64,000 nucleotides of DNA from Deltaproteobacteria bacterium (GTDB lineage: Bacteria; Myxococcota; Kuafuiibacteriia; Kuafuiibacteriales; Kuafuiibacteriaceae), in assembly GCA_040218735.1 (NCBI GenBank), contig JAVJQW010000062.1, positions 320,001 through 384,000 of the forward strand, in the 5' to 3' direction. Each line of letters begins with the position of its first letter. The stretch's first letter is position 1. A model generated the notes under the pieces. It saw only the letters and a program-made list of their open reading frames with translations. It did not search any database and was not told the DNA's origin. A program made the translations under genes and the position numbers. Shown here piece by piece: positions 11,855-21,023 of this stretch.

Positions 11855-12673
11855 TCACCCCCCATAGGTGGAGACTTCGAGTGTACGGTCCACGAAGACC
11901 GTTCGACCGGGCTCGATGCGCGTCCATCCGGGGCGCCCCTCGGGGACGTGGGCGGCGATCACGACGGCGCGGAAGCGCTTCAGCGCAGCGACGACGCGCT
12001 TGAAGTCGGTCATGGCGGGATCGGGTGCGCCCTCGGGCAGGCGCTCGAGGCCCTCGACGACGCGATAGGAGACCGGGACGCCCGAAGTCACGACCATCAC
12101 GCCGCGGCCGTTGGTTGCGACGTAGGCCGCGTCGACGGTGTCGCCGCTCTCGGTGGCGAGGCTCTCGATGGTCTTGGCGGTGGTCTCCAGTCCCCGCGCG
12201 AGGTCTTCGTTGGTGACCAGGGGATCGTCCAGCTTCCCGGAGCGGAAGAGCTCCGCGAGGAACATCGCGAACGCGAGGTCACCTGTTCCGTCGCGAGACA
12301 GATCCGAGCGGACGAAGTCCGGGAGTCGGTCCACGATCCGCTGGCGCATCGCACCGAGCGCGCTGAGGTCGCCGGAGGTCCCGAACAGCCAGCGCCGGAA
12401 GCGATACGGCGGGACGGCGTCCCGGTTGCCGTTCTCCTGAGCGCAGGCCACGACGACGCGGCTCTTCACCTGCGACGCGAGCTCGTAGGCGCTACGCTGG
12501 GCGAGCAGCTCGCCGGGCTTCTTGATGACGAGCGCGCGGTCGTCGGCGAAGTAGCCGAGCCCCCACTGCTCGCGCTCCGCCGTCTCGGACGCGACGAGCT
12601 CGCCCTCCAGGGCGAACAGGTGCGCCGGCATGTAGTCGGCATCATTGGCTAGAGTCGCGAGCAAGTAGCTCAT
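11855..12673 (-). CDS. class II glutamine amidotransferase-like (EgtC/YafJ-like Ntn fold) lacking the N-terminal Cys
   Basis: QWGLGYF, PPYRFRRWLFG, YVATNG motifs; ATG at 12673 with GAGGA upstream; the ORF-track extension to 12949 reads through a repeat. Confidence 0.75.
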   Translation of the reverse strand: MSYLLATLANDADYMPAHLFALEGELVASETAEREQWGLGYFADDRALVIKKPGELLAQRSAYELASQVKSRVVVACAQENGNRDAVPPYRFRRWLFGTSGDLSALGAMRQRIVDRLPDFVRSDLSRDGTGDLAFAMFLAELFRSGKLDDPLVTNEDLARGLETTAKTIESLATESGDTVDAAYVATNGRGVMVVTSGVPVSYRVVEGLERLPEGAPDPAMTDFKRVVAALKRFRAVVIAAHVPEGRPGWTRIEPGRTVFVDRTLEVSTYGG

Positions 12674-12822
12674 AGTCGTTTCCTCACGGACGTCCGAGTC
12701 GACGCGCTTCTTCAAACGAGAAGCACGCGAACGGCGTTCAACATTCCACGGAGCCGAGCGACGAATCGCCGGGGCCCCTCCAGTGTAGGGGCCCCGATCC
12801 CCGCTCGCAAGGTAGGCGAAAA

Positions 12823-13099
12823 GCGCGCAGCACGCCGAACGCGAGCAAAGGGGCCGCGGGACCGGCTTGCCGGACCGCGGCAAGCGAAGCGCGCAGCACG
12901 CCGAAGGCGAGCGAAGGGGCCGCGGGACCGGCTTGCCGGACCGCGGCAAGCGAAGCGCGCAGCGAGCCGAAGGCGAGCGAAGGGGCCGCGGGACCGGCTT
13001 GCCGGACCGCGAACGGCCCGGACCGGCAAGCGAAGCGCGCAGCGAGCCGAAGGCGAGCGAAGGGGCCGCGGGACCGGCTTGCCGGACCGCGAACGGCCC
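12823..13099. repeat. 4-copy 66-80 bp palindromic intergenic repeat (REP/BIME-like)
   Basis: Units start at 12823, 12889, 12955 and 13035; core GCGCGCAGC..GCCGAAGGCGAGCGAAGGGGCCGCGGGACCGGCTTGCCGGACCGCG. Confidence 0.9.
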
Positions 13100-13180
13100 T
13101 GTACGGCCCCGACTGGCGCGGTGGAAAGGTGTGCTATACGCTCGCGCGGTCTACATGAGGGAGCAGACGGGGGTGGTCGC

Positions 13181-14755
13181 GTGACCGAGCGTGCGATGGG
13201 CATCGACCTAGGCACCAGCTACAGCTGTGTCGCCATCATCGAGGATGGGGTACCGACGGTCGTCCCCAATGAATGGGGTGAACGCACCCACGCCTCGGTG
13301 GTGTCGTTCATGGAGGACGGTCGCGTCCTCGTCGGTAACGACGCCAAGAAACAGATCATCACGAATCCGGAGAACACCGTGTACTCCGCGAAACGCCTCG
13401 TCGGGCGCTTCTTCTTCTCCGAAGAGGTGCGCAAAGCGCGGAGCGTCGTGCCCTACAACATCGTCGAAGGGCCCAACAATTCCGTGCGCATCCGCATCCG
13501 CGACACGATGTACTCGCCACCGGAGGTGTCCGCGATCGTCCTCAAGGAGATGCGGCAGATCGTCGAGAACCACACCGGCGACACCATCACCAAAGCGGTC
13601 ATCACCGTCCCGGCGTACTTCAACGACAACCAGCGCCAGGCCACCAAGGACGCCGGCAAGATCGCCGGCCTCGAGGTCCTCCGCATCATCAACGAGCCGA
13701 CGGCGGCTGCCCTCACGTACGGGTTCGGCCAGGGCTACCACCAGCGCGTCGCGCTCTACGACCTCGGCGGCGGCACGTTCGACATCTCGATCCTCGACAT
13801 CGGCGACGACGTCTTCGAGGTCATCTCCACCGCCGGCGACACCTACCTGGGCGGCGACGACTTCGACGATCGGATCATGCACTGGCTCGCGGACTCGTTC
13901 CAACAGCAGCAGGGCGTGGACCTCCGTCAGGACAAGTACGCGCTACAGAAGCTCAAGGAGGCGGCCGAGAAGGCGAAGATCGGCCTGTCGGAGCACGAGG
14001 TCGTCCAGATCCACATCCCGCTGATCTACACGGACGAAAACGGCTACTCGCTCGACTTCTCCACCACCCTCTCCCGCGCCGAGTTCAACCAGATGGTGAT
14101 GGACCTCGTGCAGCGCACCTTCAAGGTGTGCGACGAGGCCCTGCAGTCGGCGCGCATCACCGCGTCGGACATCGACTGTGTGATCCTCGTCGGCGGCCCG
14201 ACGCGCCTACCGATCATCCGCAGCTCGGTGCGCCACTACTTCCAGAAGCAGCCGCTCACGGACGTCGATCCGGACGAGGTCGTCGCGATGGGCGCCGCCA
14301 TCCAGGCGCACGCGCTGCTCGACAACCAGCAGTCCACGTTCCTCCTCGACGTCACCCCCCTCACGCTGCGTCTCGCGACCGTCGGCGGGTACACCGAGAA
14401 GGTCATCGACAAGAACACGCCGATCCCGATCGACCGCACACGCTCCTTCACGACGGCGGCCGACCACCAGGAGCGGGTGAAGATCCGCATCTATCAAGGT
14501 GAGTCGAACCTCGCCGATGAGAACGTCATGCTCGGGGAGTTCGAATTCTCGGGCTTCCGCGTGGCGCCACGCGGTGAGGTGACCATCGAAGTGACGTTCG
14601 AAATCGACACCGACGGCATCGTGAACGTGTCCGCGCGCGACCTCGAGACGGGCGCGCAGGCGAGCACGACGATCAACCTGAGCTCCGGCCTCTCCAACGA
14701 CGAGGTCGACCAGGCGATCGCGCGCAACGAAGAGCTCATGGTGTCGAACCGCTGA
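13181..14755 (+). CDS. Hsp70/DnaK-family protein lacking the C-terminal helical lid
   Basis: GIDLGTSYS, ITVPAYFND, INEPTAAA, DLGGGTFDIS, LVGGPTR, linker FLLDV; ends about 524 aa. Confidence 0.93.
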   Translation: MTERAMGIDLGTSYSCVAIIEDGVPTVVPNEWGERTHASVVSFMEDGRVLVGNDAKKQIITNPENTVYSAKRLVGRFFFSEEVRKARSVVPYNIVEGPNNSVRIRIRDTMYSPPEVSAIVLKEMRQIVENHTGDTITKAVITVPAYFNDNQRQATKDAGKIAGLEVLRIINEPTAAALTYGFGQGYHQRVALYDLGGGTFDISILDIGDDVFEVISTAGDTYLGGDDFDDRIMHWLADSFQQQQGVDLRQDKYALQKLKEAAEKAKIGLSEHEVVQIHIPLIYTDENGYSLDFSTTLSRAEFNQMVMDLVQRTFKVCDEALQSARITASDIDCVILVGGPTRLPIIRSSVRHYFQKQPLTDVDPDEVVAMGAAIQAHALLDNQQSTFLLDVTPLTLRLATVGGYTEKVIDKNTPIPIDRTRSFTTAADHQERVKIRIYQGESNLADENVMLGEFEFSGFRVAPRGEVTIEVTFEIDTDGIVNVSARDLETGAQASTTINLSSGLSNDEVDQAIARNEELMVSNR

Positions 14756-14784
14756 GCCGGTTCTCGCGCTGAGGAGACGAGGAC

Positions 14785-15318
14785 GTGCCGGACGATCCCA
14801 ACGTGCACCCGCACTGGGCCGCAGAGACGAAGCAGATCGCGCGGAGCCTCAACCAGCTCGACTACTTTCAGGTCCTCGGCGCCACGCCCCAGGCGACGCT
14901 CGAGGAGCTGAAGGCCAAGTACCACCAGCTCCAGCGCAACTATCACCCCGACTCGTTCTTCTCCTCGCCCGACGACGACCTCAAACGCGCCGTCACCGCG
15001 ATCGCCAAACGCGTCGCCGAGGCCTACGTCATCCTGCGCGACCCGGAGAAACGCGCGAAGTACACCCGCGACATCGGCGGCCCCGACCGCGCCGAGAAGC
15101 TCCGCTACACCGAGAACACGCAGCGCGAGCAACGCATCGAGAAAGAGCAGGAGACCGGCATGACGCCGCAGGGTCGCAAGCTCTGGAAGAAGGCGATGGA
15201 GTCCGAGAAGAAGGGCGACATCGCGGGCGCGATCCGGGACCTGAAGACCGCCCTGCTCTTCGAGCGCGACAACGAGCTGTTCAAGGCGAAGATCGAAGAG
15301 CTCTCCGCGGCCGACTAA
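14785..15318 (+). CDS. J-domain protein with C-terminal TPR-like helices
   Basis: DYFQVLG, HPD motif, EAYVILRDPEKRAKY; directly downstream of Hsp70. Confidence 0.9.
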   Translation: MPDDPNVHPHWAAETKQIARSLNQLDYFQVLGATPQATLEELKAKYHQLQRNYHPDSFFSSPDDDLKRAVTAIAKRVAEAYVILRDPEKRAKYTRDIGGPDRAEKLRYTENTQREQRIEKEQETGMTPQGRKLWKKAMESEKKGDIAGAIRDLKTALLFERDNELFKAKIEELSAAD

Positions 15319-15740
15319 GAACGCTCGCGCAGCGCGGTCGCGAACACCTCCGGAGCCAGCCCCCGCGTCCGCGCGAACGCGTCGCGTGAACGCCGCTCCC
15401 AGAGCGGCAAGAGCGTCACCCGCGTGACGGCCCACGTCAGGCCGACCAACCCGCCGCAGCAGACCACGCTCAACGCAGCGGTGCCGTTGACGTGATAGAA
15501 ACCGCGAAGCACCGCCTGCACCTCGACCAGCACGAAGTAGCCGGGGACGAGCAGGACGACGAACGCGACCAGCGCGGCCACCTTGTGGAGGTTCACCCGA
15601 CGCTCACGAGCCAACGTGTAGCGATACACCAGCTCGTCGAAGTCCGTGCCGGCCACTTCGCCGTCGATCGCCGCGTTTGGCGGCGCGTAGGGGTCGCCGG
15701 TCACATCCGCCAGGGTGCGCGCGAATATCTCGTTTGCCAA
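15315..15740 (-). CDS. hypothetical two-TM membrane protein
   Basis: Two hydrophobic stretches; fills the gap between convergent and divergent neighbours. Confidence 0.6.
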   Translation of the reverse strand: MANEIFARTLADVTGDPYAPPNAAIDGEVAGTDFDELVYRYTLARERRVNLHKVAALVAFVVLLVPGYFVLVEVQAVLRGFYHVNGTAALSVVCCGGLVGLTWAVTRVTLLPLWERRSRDAFARTRGLAPEVFATALRERS

Positions 15741-15769
15741 AACGAATCGGTCTTCGCGACGCTCTCGCC

Positions 15770-16582
15770 ATGGAGAGCCGCTCCATTCACGCCCGGATCG
15801 CCGCAGCCGAAGACTCGGGCGAGGCCGCCGCGCTGGTGACCGTCGTCGGCGCGACCGGCTCCACGCCGCGCTCGCCGGGCGCGCGGATGCTCGTGTTCGC
15901 GGACGGCTCGATCGCGGGAACGATCGGCGGCGGCACCGTCGAGGAGCAAGCGATCGGCGCCGCGAAGAAGACGCTCGAAGACGGTCGCCCGCAGGTCCTC
16001 GAGTACCAGCTCACGAAGCAGCTCGGCATGTGCTGCGGCGGGAGCGTCACGCTGTTCGTCGAGCGCATCGGCGGGCAGCCCCGCCTGATCGTCTTCGGCG
16101 CCGGGCACGTCGGCACCGCGCTCACGCGCATGGCGACCCTGTCCGGCTTCGCGGTGCACGTCGCCGACGAACGCGAAGAGCTCCTCAACGCGGAGCGCCT
16201 CCCGGACGCGCGCGCGCTGTACGACGACCTCGACGACCCCGCCCTCCCCTACGGCGACAACACGTTCGTCCTGGTCGTCACCCACGACCACGCGCTCGAC
16301 CAGCGACTCGTCGAGAAGATCCTGAAGAAGCCGCGCCGCTGGCTGGGGATGATCGGGAGCCGCCGCAAGGCGAAGCTGATGCGCGAACGACTCGAGACGA
16401 AGGGCTTCGACGCCGACGCGATCACCTCGGTGCGCGCGCCGGTCGGGCTCGCCATCGCAGCGGAGACCGCGGAGGAGATCGCGGTGTCGATCCTCGCCGA
16501 GCTGATCACCGTGCGCCGTGAAGGCACGCAGTTCCGGAGCGCGGAAGGCGCCGCCGTCGCGCCGCTGGAGACGAAGGCGTAG
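15770..16582 (+). CDS. xdhC: xanthine dehydrogenase accessory factor XdhC/CoxI
   Basis: GSTPR..GARM, GTIGGG, GMCCGG, FGAGHVG, THDHALD, GMIGSRRK, EIAVSILAEL. Confidence 0.92.
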   Translation: MESRSIHARIAAAEDSGEAAALVTVVGATGSTPRSPGARMLVFADGSIAGTIGGGTVEEQAIGAAKKTLEDGRPQVLEYQLTKQLGMCCGGSVTLFVERIGGQPRLIVFGAGHVGTALTRMATLSGFAVHVADEREELLNAERLPDARALYDDLDDPALPYGDNTFVLVVTHDHALDQRLVEKILKKPRRWLGMIGSRRKAKLMRERLETKGFDADAITSVRAPVGLAIAAETAEEIAVSILAELITVRREGTQFRSAEGAAVAPLETKA

Positions 16583-17130
16583 TGCCGATCGCTTCGGTGA
16601 TCCTCGCGGCGGGCCGCTCGCGGAGGCTGGGCGAGCCCAAAGCGCTCGTCGAGCTCGACGGCGAACGTGTCCTCGACCGCCTCGTCCGCGTCTACGCGGC
16701 CGCGAACCTCGATCCCGTACGGGTGGTCGTCTCCGACGCGATCGCCAACGAGGTCCCGGCGCCCGCCGTCGCCGTGCTCTCCGATCCGGACCGTGAGATG
16801 ATCGACTCGTTGATCGTGGGGCTCACCAACCTCGGCGACGTCGCCGGCGCGGTGGTGCAGCCGGTCGACGCCCCCTTCACGAGCGGCGCGATGCTCGACG
16901 CGCTCGTCGCCGAACCCGGCGACCGCTTCCGCGTGCTCACGCACGACGGGCGCCCCGGGCACCCCGTCTTCGTCCCCGCGGCGCGGTTCGCGGACGTCCT
17001 CAACCGCCCCGAAGGTGGCTTGCGCCGCCTCCTCGAACACGACCTGGAGTCCATCGAATGGAACGACGACCTGATCCTCGCCGACCTCGATCGTCCCGAA
17101 GACCTTCGGTACTGGCGCTCGCGCTCCTGA
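16582..17130 (+). CDS. molybdenum cofactor nucleotidyltransferase (MocA-like)
   Basis: ILAAGRSRRLGEPKAL, PVDAP, GHPV, DLDRPED; 1-bp overlap with xdhC. Confidence 0.85.
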   Translation: MPIASVILAAGRSRRLGEPKALVELDGERVLDRLVRVYAAANLDPVRVVVSDAIANEVPAPAVAVLSDPDREMIDSLIVGLTNLGDVAGAVVQPVDAPFTSGAMLDALVAEPGDRFRVLTHDGRPGHPVFVPAARFADVLNRPEGGLRRLLEHDLESIEWNDDLILADLDRPEDLRYWRSRS

Positions 17131-19043
17131 CCACGGCGTGCGGCGCGTCGCTGCCGACGCCCGAGTTCGAGCGCTTCGACTACGCGGTGATCCCGACGGC
17201 GTCGGACTTCCCGGACGTGCCGGCCGTCGTGCTCCTCGACCGCGGCGAGCTCGTCCTCACCGTGGACCCGAAGCGGCTCATCCCGATCGGGCGCCTGCGT
17301 CGCTACCGCCGGATCGAGATCCTCCGCGAGAGCGGGCTGAGCCGCGCGCGGATCGAGGTCCCGTACGATCCGGAGACCGGCGTGCACGGGCTGATCGCCC
17401 GCACCGTGCTCCCCGACGGCACGATCCTCGACGCCGACCCCGACAACATCACCGACACCCCCTACCCCGACGGCCGCCGCGCCAAAGCGATCGTCGCGCC
17501 CGGCGTCGTGCCCGGCGCGGTCGTCGAGTACACGTACGATCTCTACCGCGACGACCTGCGCTTCATCGCCCCGTGGGTCTTCCAGGCCGACATCCCCACG
17601 GTGCGCTCCGAGTACGCCGTCGCCGTTCCGCACGGCTACCAGGTCGACCTGCGCTACTCCGAAAAGGGCGACTTCGTGGACCGGCCTCCCGAGCGCTTCG
17701 ACATCGACGACGGCACACGCTTTTCGTGGTCGCTCTCGAACCTGCCGGCGCTCTTCGTCGAGGAGGGCATGCCGTCGAAGGAGCTCCTCGCGCCGCGCGC
17801 GCACGTGGTGTTCGTCTCCGGGAAGATCCGCGCGCGGACGTTCGAAGGCTTCGGGTCGTGGGACCAGGTCGGCAAGTGGTTCCTCTCGCGGATGCCGAAC
17901 TACCTCGAGATCTCCGACGACACGAAGGCCGAGGCGCGACGGGTCGCCGGGGACGCCTCCGACGAGGAGAAGGCGCTCAAGATCATGGAGGTGCTCGCGC
18001 GCGATCTGCCGGACCAGCCGGGCGCGATAGCGCCGCTGTACCGGACGCCGCTCGTGCACCCCGACGCGGTGCTCCGGCAGAAACGCGCGAACCCGACCAC
18101 GCGCGGGTTGTTGTTCGTCGCGCTGCTGCGCGCGTCGGGCGTGAACGCAATGCCGGCGCTGTTCGCACACCGCGACCAGGACGTGCTGCTCCCCGACCTC
18201 CCCACGGTGCGCGCGCTCGACGGCGTCGCGGCGGTGATCCCGCGCGAGCAGGGTCCGCTGATCCTCGATCCGTCGCAGCGCACGTTGTCGGCCGACGTCC
18301 CCTCGCCACGCCTGCAGGGCACGCGTGTCATCCAGCTCGTCAACGACGTCGCGGAGGTGCTGCGCGTACCGACGTCGGCGCCGAAGGACAGCCGCACGAC
18401 GATGAGCTTCGATCTCACGATCGACAAACGCGGTGATCTGTTCGGCAACGTCGAAGCGCGCCTCACCGGCGCCGAGGCGGGCGCGCTACGCGAGCAGCTC
18501 GCCGACGCCAAGCCGGAGGACTACGCCGAGATCGTGAGCAGCTTCCTGCGCGTGCGCGGCGCGGGACTCGGCGTGGAGTCGGTGAACATCGCCGACCGCA
18601 CGGCGCTCCGTCGGCCGCTCGTGCTCGAAGGCACCGTCGCGCTCCCGAAGCTCATCACCGGCGAAGCGACGGACATCGATCTGCGCCTCGGCCGCTTCAT
18701 CGGCTCCTCTGTCCAAGAGCTGCGCGAGGTTCGGCGCACGCCGATCACGTTGTCCGCGCCGAGCGAAGTCGAGGTCCGCGTCACGCTGACGATGCCGGAG
18801 GAGTGGTCCCACGCCGAGCTCCCGCCGGTCGCGACCGAGTCGTGGGACGGCGGACAGGTCGAGCTGTCGGTGCGCAGCGAGACGAGCCGACGTATCGGGA
18901 TGTTCCGAAAGTCCACGGTCGAAGCGCGCCGCATCGACCCGAAGAGCTACAGCCGCTTCCGGCGCTTCCACGAACGCGTGCGGATCGCGGAGGACGCGCG
19001 CGTGCTGGTGACGCGTCCGCCGCCTCGGCAGCTGGAGTACTGA
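17058..19043 (+). CDS. DUF3857 / transglutaminase-like lipoprotein
   Basis: Lipobox-like LTTAC, ARTVLPDG, PGAVVEYTY, WVFQ, LILDPS; start uncertain. Confidence 0.75.
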   Translation: MERRPDPRRPRSSRRPSVLALALLTTACGASLPTPEFERFDYAVIPTASDFPDVPAVVLLDRGELVLTVDPKRLIPIGRLRRYRRIEILRESGLSRARIEVPYDPETGVHGLIARTVLPDGTILDADPDNITDTPYPDGRRAKAIVAPGVVPGAVVEYTYDLYRDDLRFIAPWVFQADIPTVRSEYAVAVPHGYQVDLRYSEKGDFVDRPPERFDIDDGTRFSWSLSNLPALFVEEGMPSKELLAPRAHVVFVSGKIRARTFEGFGSWDQVGKWFLSRMPNYLEISDDTKAEARRVAGDASDEEKALKIMEVLARDLPDQPGAIAPLYRTPLVHPDAVLRQKRANPTTRGLLFVALLRASGVNAMPALFAHRDQDVLLPDLPTVRALDGVAAVIPREQGPLILDPSQRTLSADVPSPRLQGTRVIQLVNDVAEVLRVPTSAPKDSRTTMSFDLTIDKRGDLFGNVEARLTGAEAGALREQLADAKPEDYAEIVSSFLRVRGAGLGVESVNIADRTALRRPLVLEGTVALPKLITGEATDIDLRLGRFIGSSVQELREVRRTPITLSAPSEVEVRVTLTMPEEWSHAELPPVATESWDGGQVELSVRSETSRRIGMFRKSTVEARRIDPKSYSRFRRFHERVRIAEDARVLVTRPPPRQLEY

Positions 19044-19045
19044 GG

Positions 19046-19966
19046 TCAGCCCGGCGGGAGCGGGCGCGTGCGGAAGCGTTTGTGCGTCCAGAACCACTGC
19101 TCGGGGTGCTCGCGGATCGCCGCTTCGATCCATTCGGTATAACGCTGCGTCATGTGTTCGACGGTCTCGGCGCGAGTCTGCATTCGCTCGAAGGGGATCG
19201 GCGCGGAGATCTCCGCGACGTGTCCGTCGCGCTCCCGGTACGGCTTCACGCCGACGACCGTCGCGCCCGTGCGTTCGGCGAGCACCGCGAGGCCGGTCAT
19301 CGTGCAAGCTGACTTGCCGAAGAAGTCCACGAACACGCCGATGCTCCGCGTGGCGTTCTGATCGAGGACGAACACCACCGTCTCGTTGTTCTTCAACGCC
19401 TTGAGCACCGGCCTCACCGCGCCGGCCGCGGGGATGATCTTCAGACCGGCGGAGCGGCGGGTGTCGTTCACGAACGCGTCGACGCCCGGCGTGAACGGCT
19501 TCACGACCAGAGACACCGGCGCGAACTCCTCCGCGGAGCCCGCGACGACCAGCTCGAAGGAGCCGAGGTGCCCGGAGAGGATCAGCGTACCCTTCCCGCG
19601 CGCCTTCGCCTCCGCGAGGTGCTCGACGCCGCGGCGGTCGATCCGCGGGAAGCCGCGCCGCACGTAGGCGCGGATGCGGATGAACTCGAGGAGCGTCTGC
19701 ACGAGGTGCACGTACGCCGCGCGCGCGATGCGGCGCCGTTCGCGTGGGGGCGCCTCCGGGAACGCCTGCGCGAGGTTCGCGTTCACGACGCCGTGCCGGT
19801 ACGGCACGAGGAACGCCCACGCCGCGCCGGCGATGCGCGCGACGAGTCGGACGAGCGACTCCGGCCACCACCCGACGAACGCTGCGAGCAGGCTGAGGAC
19901 GAACCTCACGACGCCACCACGCCCGAAGAGACCTGCGCGCGCGGCGAGCCGGTCGCCGCTACGCAT
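19046..19966 (-). CDS. lpxL: lipid A late acyltransferase (LpxL/HtrB family)
   Basis: NLAQAFPE, GHLGSFE, VLDQ, VDFFG, PEQWFWTHKRFR; true start may be GTG near 19909. Confidence 0.9.
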   Translation of the reverse strand: MRSGDRLAARAGLFGRGGVVRFVLSLLAAFVGWWPESLVRLVARIAGAAWAFLVPYRHGVVNANLAQAFPEAPPRERRRIARAAYVHLVQTLLEFIRIRAYVRRGFPRIDRRGVEHLAEAKARGKGTLILSGHLGSFELVVAGSAEEFAPVSLVVKPFTPGVDAFVNDTRRSAGLKIIPAAGAVRPVLKALKNNETVVFVLDQNATRSIGVFVDFFGKSACTMTGLAVLAERTGATVVGVKPYRERDGHVAEISAPIPFERMQTRAETVEHMTQRYTEWIEAAIREHPEQWFWTHKRFRTRPLPPG

Positions 19967-20027
19967 CGACGAACGAGGACCCCCTCCTCGTTCGGGGAGC
20001 CAGGCGCTCGTCGCCGCGCCGCAAGCG

Positions 20028-21023
20028 TCACGCGAGCGCCTCCGCGACGAGCCGATCCAGCACGTCCTCCCCGCGCAGGATCCTGTGCTCCAAACGCACC
20101 ACCGCGAACCGCGCCGCCACCTCGGGCGGCATCCGGACCGCGTCCTTCTCGGTGGTCAGGAGAACCTCCGCGTCGCGCGCGTCCGCGAAGAAACCTTCGA
20201 GGGTCGCGGCGTCGAACCACGCGTGGTCGCGCGCCGCGAACGTGTGCACGACCTCCCCGCCCAGCCGACGCACCGTGTTCACGAAGCGCGACGGCCGCGC
20301 GATGCCGCTGAGCAGCGCGACGCGGCGGCCTTCGATCTCGGCCGTCACCTCGGCGTGTTCGATCACCTCGACGGTGGGTTTGTCGATCGGGACGTCGATC
20401 GCGGAACACTCGACCGCGCCGTGGTTCAGGACGAGCCCCGTAGCGCGCTCCAGCGCGGCGACCGGCTCCCGCAACGGCCCGCGCGGCAACAAACAACCGT
20501 TGCCGAAGGGGACGTGCGCGTCGAGCAGCACCAGATCCACGTCGCGTTTCAGGCGGCGGTGCTGAAAGCCGTCGTCGAGCAGAACGACCTCGGCTCCGAG
20601 CGCCTCGATCGCATGCCGCGCCCCGCGCGCGCGCTCCGCACACACCACGACGCAAGCGTTCGTCCGCTGCGCGAGCAGGAACGGCTCGTCCCCCGCCGCC
20701 GCGACGTCGACGATCGGGCCCTCGCCCTTCGACACTACGACCAGCGCATCCGAGGTGTCGCGCCGCCCGTACCCGCGACTCACGATCGCGACCTTGGCGT
20801 CGATGCGCCCCGCGAGGAGCGCGGTGAACGGCGTCTTGCCGGTGCCCCCCACCGCGAGGTTGCCGACGCTGATCACCGGGCGGTCGACCTTCGCCGCGTT
20901 CAGCCAGCCGAGATCGAACATCCGTCCGCGCGCGCGTGTCACCGCGGAGAAGAGCGCCGCGCCCACGGACGCCGCGGGGCGCAAGAGCACCGGCGGATCG
21001 GCCTCGGCGGGGTCCCAGATCAC
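20028..21023 (-). CDS. lpxK: tetraacyldisaccharide 4'-kinase
   Basis: ISVGNLAVGGTGKTP, SRGYG, GDEP, LDDGFQH, LPRGPLRE, TTEKDAV; GTGA overlap with the upstream GT9. Confidence 0.95.
   Translation of the reverse strand: MIWDPAEADPPVLLRPAASVGAALFSAVTRARGRMFDLGWLNAAKVDRPVISVGNLAVGGTGKTPFTALLAGRIDAKVAIVSRGYGRRDTSDALVVVSKGEGPIVDVAAAGDEPFLLAQRTNACVVVCAERARGARHAIEALGAEVVLLDDGFQHRRLKRDVDLVLLDAHVPFGNGCLLPRGPLREPVAALERATGLVLNHGAVECSAIDVPIDKPTVEVIEHAEVTAEIEGRRVALLSGIARPSRFVNTVRRLGGEVVHTFAARDHAWFDAATLEGFFADARDAEVLLTTEKDAVRMPPEVAARFAVVRLEHRILRGEDVLDRLVAEALA

Noticed and set aside
12823-13099. Possible CRISPR array, or N-terminal extensions of the GATase-like and Hsp70 ORFs
   Set aside because: Units are contiguous near-identical copies without spacers; the ORF extensions merely translate the repeat and better starts exist at 12673 and 13181
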